From Blastocystis sp. Blastoise (taxonomy: Eukaryota; Protista; Bigyra: Opalinata), in NCBI GenBank assembly GCA_039096225.1, contig JBBPEB010000008.1, forward strand, positions 108,833 through 172,832: a stretch of 64,000 nucleotides of DNA, in the 5' to 3' direction. A program made the position numbers and the translations under genes. Of this stretch, positions 55,371-64,000 are shown one piece after another; position 1 is the stretch's first letter, and each line of letters opens with the position of its first letter. The notes under the pieces are model-generated. The model was not told where the DNA came from. It saw only the letters and a program-made list of their open reading frames with translations, and ran no database searches.

Positions 55371-58300
55371 AAGATTGAGTTCTTGAGACTTTAGCTGCCT
55401 ATAAAATATAAAATATAAAATATAAAATATAAAATATAAAATATACGTTATTTTGCATTATTAGAAGCAAATTAAAAATCACTGAAATTTATAAGAAATA
55501 AATTATTTTTGTAAATTTCTAAACTAAAAATAATGAAGAATCTGGAAAATTCTAGGAAATTTCTGAACTGTATATTTGTGGAAGTACTAAAATTTAATCA
55601 ATTCAGGTTTAGTAAACATTCTTGTTTAATATTCTGTTTATGAATTAGTATTTATTATTTTTCAATTACTTTTGAAATAACCATAGAAAATACTATTAGT
55701 TCTTAACTCTATATATTTGATATATATATATGTTTTAAATAAAAATTATTATACTTTGAAGATCAAACATATTCTCTTTATTTATAAATAAAATTTATTG
55801 TTTAATGAATTTATTAATAAAGATGTAATGATATAAATATGGTTTATTCTTATAATTAATTTATTTTTATTATTAAAAGTATAATTACGAAATTCTTAAA
55901 ATTATATAAACTCTGTTTTGTTTTTAATGATACTTCTTGATATGTATATATATATGGATTGTTTATATTATTGTTTCAATTATATATTATTATTTAGGAA
56001 ATGCTGAAATAAAAAACGAAGTATGTTTCCTTTTTAATTGTCTTAATTGATCAAAAAGAAATATTATTATGATATAATAAATATAAAACTAGTATGGATT
56101 CGTCACCTATGACAACGGCTAATATATATGTTTTTTTGTTTATAATATTATTTATTTGCTGTTGTTTGTTTATCTATAATCATATTTAATATATGTATAT
56201 TTATTATATACTTATTTATAAGACAAAAGAATAATATTTAAAAAATGAAAACTTCTTTTAATATTTTATAAGAATATCATCTATATTATGACTTATTCTA
56301 TTTGAATTTGGTAGTTCTTTGACATATGACACCATTTTATTCTATGTATATAATCTAAAGATTATAAATATATAGATGAGATTCATTTAAATATCATATT
56401 TCAGGATATAGAGCATAAAATTGTCGATGAAAAATTATAGAAAATCTTGCATCAAAAATCATTTTTTTCAATCATAATTGATCCTATCAACTCATTCACA
56501 CAAATTATAACACTTTTAAAGCTATATTATATATATACATGCTATTTAGATATTTCTTAGTAAATATGTTTCTTTAGATTATACAAGTCAAAGAAAATCG
56601 TTTAAGAAATCGATAGTCTAAAAAATAATATCATAAATAAAGTCATAACCACATTCATTTATTATATTTCTAGCACTTTTAAATGCTATATATATTTATG
56701 ACACTGTTGTTATTCTATACAAAAAGAATTATTATTATTAAATAAGAATTGACGGAGCTATATGACTTTTATTAAAGAGAGGCAAAAAAAAATTAAAAAA
56801 ACTTAAATTTCTTCTTTTCATTTTTGATACCCTAGATAATGAATTTTGAAGCAAATCTGTTCGTATGCATTTAATACATGATATAGCTTAGTAATAACTA
56901 AAAATAACAAATTTAGAAGACAAAAAAAAACAACATATTGCATTTTGACCCAATGTCGACTTGTCAAGATAAATCTATTAAAGTATTATTTCTTATGTAT
57001 GGATAATGCTGTATATAAATATAAACGATATAAAGCCATTTAGCAACATTATCCTAGTTAAAAGACCCTTTTTTCAATCTTGCCAAAACTGATTCATTTT
57101 GTATGAAAATTTTATTTTTTTTATTTCAACTTTTCTCAATGATAGATTGTCGTTATATTATGTTTGACACCAAAAAATATATCTACGTTTTATAAACTTT
57201 ATATTTAGTATAATTTTATATTATTATTCTGAAAATGGAAGACACTATTACAATAACAAGAATAAAAAACTGATTGATCATGATTTTTAAATAATCAAGG
57301 CTACTGATCTCATTTTTGAACTAATATGTCTTAAATATACAAAATATGTATCTGTAGGTTATTCTTGTTCGATATTGGTGTCTTTCATATATATTTAATA
57401 TATTTTTATTGGTGAATGAGTTAAAAGAAACTTGAGTATGCGAATTATTTTTTTCTAAAAATTTCAGTTTTTTAAATCTCATTCGTAAGTACTCATTTAA
57501 GTTATATTTAAAAATTATGAATATACATATGTGTACTAGATCCTTATTACTATCTATTTGATATACATATATGTTTGAATAAGGACCTTTTTCAAAACTG
57601 ATGCAAATGCTGACTTGAATAGAAAAGTATAAGTGTGTTATTCTAAACACATATCATATGTATTTTAGTTTAATACACATTTTAGAAAGTATTTGGCACA
57701 GCATTCTCATTTCGAAATGTTAATTTTTCACTTTTAAAGAATCTAGTTGTAAGAAAATGTTCTACAGGTCAAAATATCTACAAAAAGTAAAAAAATGTGA
57801 ATATTAATATTGTTTAATAGTGACTAAAAAGAAAATAAAAGTAAATTGAAAAACAAATTATTTAAATAAAAAATAGAAAATAAAGAATTCTAAGAGATTT
57901 TAAGAATTCTAAAAGAAATGAAGAGAAAAATATTTTAAAAATTTTAGAGTCATTTCAAAAATCAAAAATTTAATTAGAAAAAACAATATTTTTAAATGAA
58001 ATATAGCTTGTTTTCAATACTTTATTATGTTATATGTAATCTTATATTTAGTAAAAGCTCGTTTAAACAGTCATAGATACCTATATAAATTTATATGAAA
58101 AGTCATTCTTATATTATTTTTCTTAATTAATTATATGACTTTTTTTGAATACAATATTTGACCTCATAATTGAGTATATAATATATGTCACATATCAAGT
58201 GTATTCAATCAAAACCTAAAAATATATTTTAATTGCTTTGAAGAATAGAAATGACTTTAAGATTTACTTGTTTTGTTATTTTAATAGAAATTAGATTTTA

Positions 58301-61300
58301 AACAAAAATATCATACTAATATATAAAAGATGATATGTGATTAAATATGAAAACTATATTTTTGATATTATTTATTATATAATCGTTGAATGAGAAGAGT
58401 TTGTTTCTTTTTCTTTCTTTCAGTTTTTATTCTTATATTTTAATTTCATTAGTTTATGTTATATTGATGATAAATACTATTGTAAGGTAATTTAAAAAAT
58501 ATATCTTTAAGTATACAATTAAGAAATAATAGGCTCATTCTTGTTAATTTAACTTTCATCAAAATTTTATATATCAAAAAATTGTTTATTATATATTTTG
58601 CTATGTCTATATACCTAAACCTTCTTTCACTTTTTTTCCTTAAATATTTTCTTATTTTCAAATATTAAACAAACAGAATTTAAACTCATTCTTAAGACAT
58701 CCAAAATTTGTAAATATATATTTCCTTAAAACATTCACAAGAGTTATTCATTGTTTTAGTTTCATTCAAATCAATATAAAATATTTCAATAATTTGCTTT
58801 TATTTTCTAATATTCTCTTATAATCAAGTATCAAGTGTTGTTTTACAAATTGACTAATAATCATCTTTTGTATTCATAGACTAAACGATATATTATATAT
58901 TATTATATCTACTGATAGTGTTTTATTCATGTATGATATTCTTAAATTATTATATATTTTAATTTTAAGATATATTCATTAAATTTAATTCTTAATCTTT
59001 TTTGTTTTGTTTTATTATTAAAGAATAAAGATATTTTATTTTATATATAACATTGAAACATTGTTAGGAAGCTAAGCAAGTAATTTTTAAATAATAGTTA
59101 CTAAAGCAAAGACACTTAAACAACACATTTGTTTTATAAAAAAAAATATAAAGTTATTTATTTTATATACTCACACCTTATTCCAATATACATATTATTA
59201 TAACATACTAATATACTATAATGAATGATATATTATGTCAATAGTCTCTGATGAAATATCATCATATTTTCAATATAATGATAAACAACAATGTATATAA
59301 ACAATATTTTTTTTTTGAAATTTCTGGTAAGTATTAAAGTTAATTATATGTAGCTATTATAGAATTAAAAGATATATATATCAACAAATAAAGTCATTAA
59401 TATAGTATTAGAAAGGATTTTTTTGATGAAATTTTTTTTAGTTTTGAAAATTTTTGGCTTTTTGAAATGACTTTTAATTTTATTTTTGAAATATAAAATA
59501 AATTAGTCTTAAAAAAGAAATTCTTTTTAAGAAAATATTTTTGTAAATTATTTTTTTTGACTTTGAGCGTCATGAATTGATTTTTTAAATATGTGCTACA
59601 ATAAATATAATTTTTATAAATTTTATTAATAATGATGATTAATAAATTATTAATTAAAAATGGTTATTTTTTATATACTGATAACCAAACACCTATTTTT
59701 CTTATTATTTTTATTACATAGAGAGATATAGATGAATATTTTAATATTCAATAAATATATATATATATATATTATTATAGAATAGATTCTTATCATTTTG
59801 AAATATTTATGTATATATAAGATATAAAACATAATTATTCTTTGTGTCCTATAAATATATTTTTTATTAAAATGTTCTAGTGTTATATATTTCAATAAAT
59901 ATTTATATTAAATTATAATACATAAAATCTATATATGTGTTAATATAAAATCACAATAGATCCAAATACTATGTTTTTATTTATTATATAATGATAATAT
60001 ATATATATATATATATATATTGTTTTATAAAATATATGTTTTAATTATATTATATATATATTTTTATTAAATGAATTTATAATTTATATTTGTATTATAT
60101 GGTTTTTAATTGTAATCATATTTATTATAGATTGAATTATTTTATCAATATTTAAGTATTATTGAATGAAAGATAAAAATTATTTTTTAATTATATTATA
60201 TATATATATATATAAATTCATTTATTTATTTATATAATAAGCTAACTCTTTTTTTAAATGATATTTATATTTATTTATAATCTATTTTTATAAATTATTT
60301 ATTTATTAGATATTCTATTAATAATATGAAATACGAAATATATTTAATAATAATATATTACTCTTTGAATGAGACTTTTGTATTTATTAAAATTAATTGA
60401 ATTTTTTTTTATATCTTTAATGCGATTTAATTATATAATTATGTGTTATTGATAAAAATGTTTTTATTATAATTAAGTGAAGTTAATAAAAAAGAAGTAT
60501 ATTTCAATTTTAGAAAATATTAGATAATTTGATTCTATAAATTAGATATATAATATATTAATAAAAGTAATTTTATTTTTTGAATATATATATTAAAAAT
60601 AATAAATTCTAAATAAATTTCTGATTATATTTTATATAATAATAGTTAGTTTACATTTAATATAATGAATTTATATAACTATCATTATTTAATAATAAAT
60701 AGTGTTATTTGTTAACGTAAAAAAAGATTATAAACAAGTATTTATTAATTAATGAATATTTATTGTATAATAGATATTTTATTTCTTTTAATGAAAATAA
60801 ATATTAATTTATGAATGATATATTTTAATTATCAAAAGTAGTAATGAGAATGATTATAAATGAGAGTTTATATTGAATAGTAATTATAAAATTATATTTA
60901 AATACTTGAATAATATATAAAGATAAATATTATATATGAATTAATCAAAAAATTAATATTTAGTATTTGAATTGATCAATGTTATAAATATTCATATATA
61001 GTTAGTACTATTTTATATATAAATATATAATAGCTAATTATGATAATTATATATATATATATAAATTCATTATATATGTAAATATATATTTGAATAATAG
61101 AAAAAATAGGATAGAAATTATTTAGTTTATTGTATATTTAAATAATTATAAATATCCATATAATAAAATATTATTTTTTTTTCTAGATATATAAATGAAT
61201 ATAATATATATATTTATATATAGAGAAGTAATAAAATAATAATTATTTGACTTTATTTCTGGTTGTATGAAATATAGAATTCATAATGAGTAATAGAATT

Positions 61301-61814
61301 AGTAATGAATGTTTTATAAAATTTTTTATGCTATGCATTATAATTATGTCAATTATTGCTGATATGATAGAATAATAATGAATATAAGTATATATAGGTA
61401 TATATATAAATATATTATAAAAAGTAATTTAAAAACACAAAAATCTTTTAGTAACATATAATACTTTTTGAAAAATAGATTTATTTGATAGTTTGATATG
61501 AATAGAAATAAATATTAGAATAAGTCATATGACTATTAATTGATAATATAGAATTTTTAATTAATTTAAATAATTTGTATAATATTGACAATTAATCGCG
61601 ATTATTTTATATTAATAAGATAATTATTACTTTAAGGTATTTTTATAGTCACATTTTAGCTACAGTCACATAATTTTATATATATAAAATTTCTATAGCA
61701 ATAAATGGACACTAAAGACGACCTAAGAGTATATGATGTTATATAAGTGTTAATAAAAAGTCTATATATATAATAACACTTTTTAGAGATAATTAGTCAT
61801 TTGATATTATTCAA

Positions 61815-62532
61815 GTGATATTCTACATATTTTTATGAAAAATCATGATTATTATAGAAAGTGATTAATTCTAATAGATAATAACAGATTTATGATTATT
61901 TATGACAAATAGAGTATAATTAAATATATTCCCGTGATTATTTATGAAAATTGATTATTTTTATAGATAATGATGGATTTATGATTATTTATGATTTATA
62001 GAGTGATATTTGATAAATTCCCATGATTATTTGTGAAAATGGATTATTTTTATAGACAATGATAAATTTATGATAATTTATGACTTATAGAGTGATATTT
62101 GATAAATTCCCATGATTATTTTATAAAAGGTATAGTTTTAAACACAATGATAGATTTATGATTATTTATGTGTTCGAGAGTGATATTTGATAAATTCCCG
62201 TGATTATTTTTGAAATTGAGATATTCTAACAGAAAATGAGAGACTTATGATCATATACGAAAAAGTAAGTATAGTCTGACATACCTAAGGGATATTTTTG
62301 AAAATTAAGGGTTTTATAGATAACAATAGACTTATATACATATATGACAAATAAGTGTAACTATATATATTTTTGCCATTTTTTATGAATGTTGAGTATG
62401 TCATACATAAAAATAGATTTATGATTATTTATGACTTATAGAGTGTTATTTGATAAATTCCCATGATTATTTTTGTAAATTGATTATTCTCATAAAAAAT
62501 GATAGATTTATGATTATTTATAAGTTGTAGAG
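61815..62532. repeat. Telomere-associated ~88-89-bp diverged tandem repeat, ~8 copies
   Basis: GAGTGATATTTGATAAATTCCC(A/G)TGATTATT... with the GAGT start recurring at 61912, 62001, 62090, 62178, 62441 and 62530. Confidence 0.85.
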
Positions 62533-63671
62533 TTAGGGTTAGGGTTAGGGTTAGGGTTAGGGTTAGGGTTAGGGTTAGGGTTAGGGTTAGGGTTAGGGTT
62601 AGGGTTAGGGTTAGGGTTAGGTTAGTAGGTTAGTAGGTTAGTAGTAGTAGTATGAGTAGATAAGAAGAAAAAATATTAGTTAGTTAGGTTAGTTAGGGTT
62701 AGTTAGTAGTTAGTTAGGTTAGGTTAGTTAGGTTAGGTTAGTTAGGTTAGGTTAGGTTAGTTAGTTAGTTAGGTTAGGTTAGGGTTAGGGTTAGGTTAGG
62801 TTAGGTTAGGGTTAGGGTTAGGGTTAGGGTTAGGGTTAGGGTTAGGGTTAGGGTTAGGGTTAGGGTTAGTTAGGGTTAGGGTTAGGGTTAGGGTTAGGGT
62901 TAGGTTAGGGTTAGGGTTAGGGTTAGGGTTAGGGTTAGGGTTAGGGTTAGGGTTAGGGTTAGGTTAGGTTAGGGTTAGGTTAGGGTTAGGGTTAGGGTTA
63001 GGGTTTAGGTTAGGGTTAGGGTTAGGGTTAGGGTTAGGGTTAGGGTTAGGGTTAGGTTAGGGTTAGGGTTAGGGTTAGGTTAGGGTTAAGGTTAGGGTTA
63101 GGTTAGGGTTAGGGTTAGGGTTAGGGTTAGGGTTAGGGTTAGGGTTAGGGTTAGGTTAGGGTTAGGGTTAGGGTTAGGGTTAGGGTTAGGGTTAGGGTTA
63201 GGGTTAGGGTTAGGGTTAGGGTTAGGGTTAGGGTTAGGGTTAGGGTTAGGGTTAGGGTTAGGGTTAGGGTTAGGGTTAGGGTTAGGGTTAGGGTTAGGGT
63301 TAGGGTTAGGGTTAGGGTTAGGGTTAGGGTTAGGGTTAGGGTTAGGGTTAGGGTTAGGGTTAGGGTTAGGGTTAGGGTTAGGGTTAGGGTTAGGGTTAGG
63401 GTTAGGGTTAGGGTTAGGGTTAGGGTTAGGGTTAGGGTTAGGGTTAGGGTTAGGGTTAGGGTTAGGGTTAGGGTTAGGGTTAGGGTTAGGGTTAGGGTTA
63501 GGGTTAGGGTTAGGGTTAGGGTTAGGGTTAGGGTTAGGGTTAGGGTTAGGGTTAGGGTTAGGGTTAGGGTTAGGGTTAGGGTTAGGGTTAGGGTTAGGGT
63601 TAGGGTTAGGGTTAGGGTTAGGGTTAGGGTTAGGGTTAGGGTTAGGGTTAGGGTTAGGGTTAGGGTTAGGG
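62533..63671 (+). repeat. Telomeric (TTAGGG)n array with a proximal degenerate zone (TTAGG, TTAG, GTA variants)
   Basis: ~1.1 kb with the G-rich strand running toward the window end. Variants are concentrated at ~62620-63150. Confidence 0.97.
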
Positions 63672-64000
63672 TCTCGCTCGCTCGCTCGGCCCTGTCCCCC
63701 CGCTCTCGGCGTCGGCTACGCGCTCGGCGCTCTCGGCGGCTACGCTCATCGCTCGGCAGCAGCTCTCGGCAGCGTGTCGGCTAAAAGGCGGCGAGAGAGG
63801 GCAGAAAGCTTGCCACCGCAAAACTTCCAAAACGCCGCCACCGCTGGGAGCAAGAAGGGGGGGGCAGGCAGAGCAGGGGGGGGGGGAAACAGAGCAGAGC
63901 AAGGGCGTGCCCTCGCTCGCTCGCTCGGCAGCGCGCTTCAGCGCTCGGCAGCGCTCAGCGCTCGGCAGCACGCGCTTCGCTCTCGCTCGTGGCAGCTCTG
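63672..64000. other. GC-rich (GCTC/GCTCGGCA-rich) segment distal to the telomere array, origin unclear
   Basis: Abrupt jump to very high GC, unlike the rest of the window. Confidence 0.5.

Noticed and set aside
52630-61800. Short ORFs and exon-like traces (e.g. ~56.0-56.7 kb)
   Set aside because: Extremely AT-rich; I found no consistent spliced frame or motif.
63666-63971. 101-aa ORF; GCTC repeats reminiscent of AAV Rep-binding elements or herpesvirus telomeric ends
   Set aside because: No ITR fold-back or pac motif recognised; GC-rich low-complexity sequence of doubtful quality.

Overview
Very AT-rich eukaryotic subtelomere with short GT-AG introns full of (TA)n/(AAT)n, ending in a (TTAGGG)n telomere at 62533-63671. 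The style resembles an AT-rich protist such as a Blastocystis-like stramenopile, but the taxon cannot be confirmed from this window. Most of the window is a nested stack of DNA transposons whose ends I located by eye. (1) An apparently intact 5-exon Mutator/MULE transposase gene (16981->7184, -) has a 7.1-kb third intron holding a satellite and a non-coding hairpin-ended element. (2) A 35.3-kb CACTA-type element (17305-52625; 13-bp TIR CACTATGAGGCAG, 3-bp TSD AAT) has no recognisable transposase of its own and carries an intron-containing alanyl-tRNA synthetase pseudogene plus other exon fragments (Pack-CACTA-like). (3) A 25.9-kb Helitron (19195-45104; A|TC...hairpin-CTAG|T) with an intact Rep-PIF1 gene sits in an (AAT)n tract of one intron of that pseudogene, and a 2.7-kb non-autonomous relative (46563-49232) sits in another intron. 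(4) The large Helitron contains a complete hAT transposon (19511-28212, 8-bp TSD) with two tRNA-like Pol III motifs, a second copy of the hairpin-ended element, and a ~40-exon all-phase-1 micro-exon gene built largely from an 83-bp exon+intron tandem repeat that the ORF track cannot see. All coordinates and translations were worked out manually; no database searches were run.
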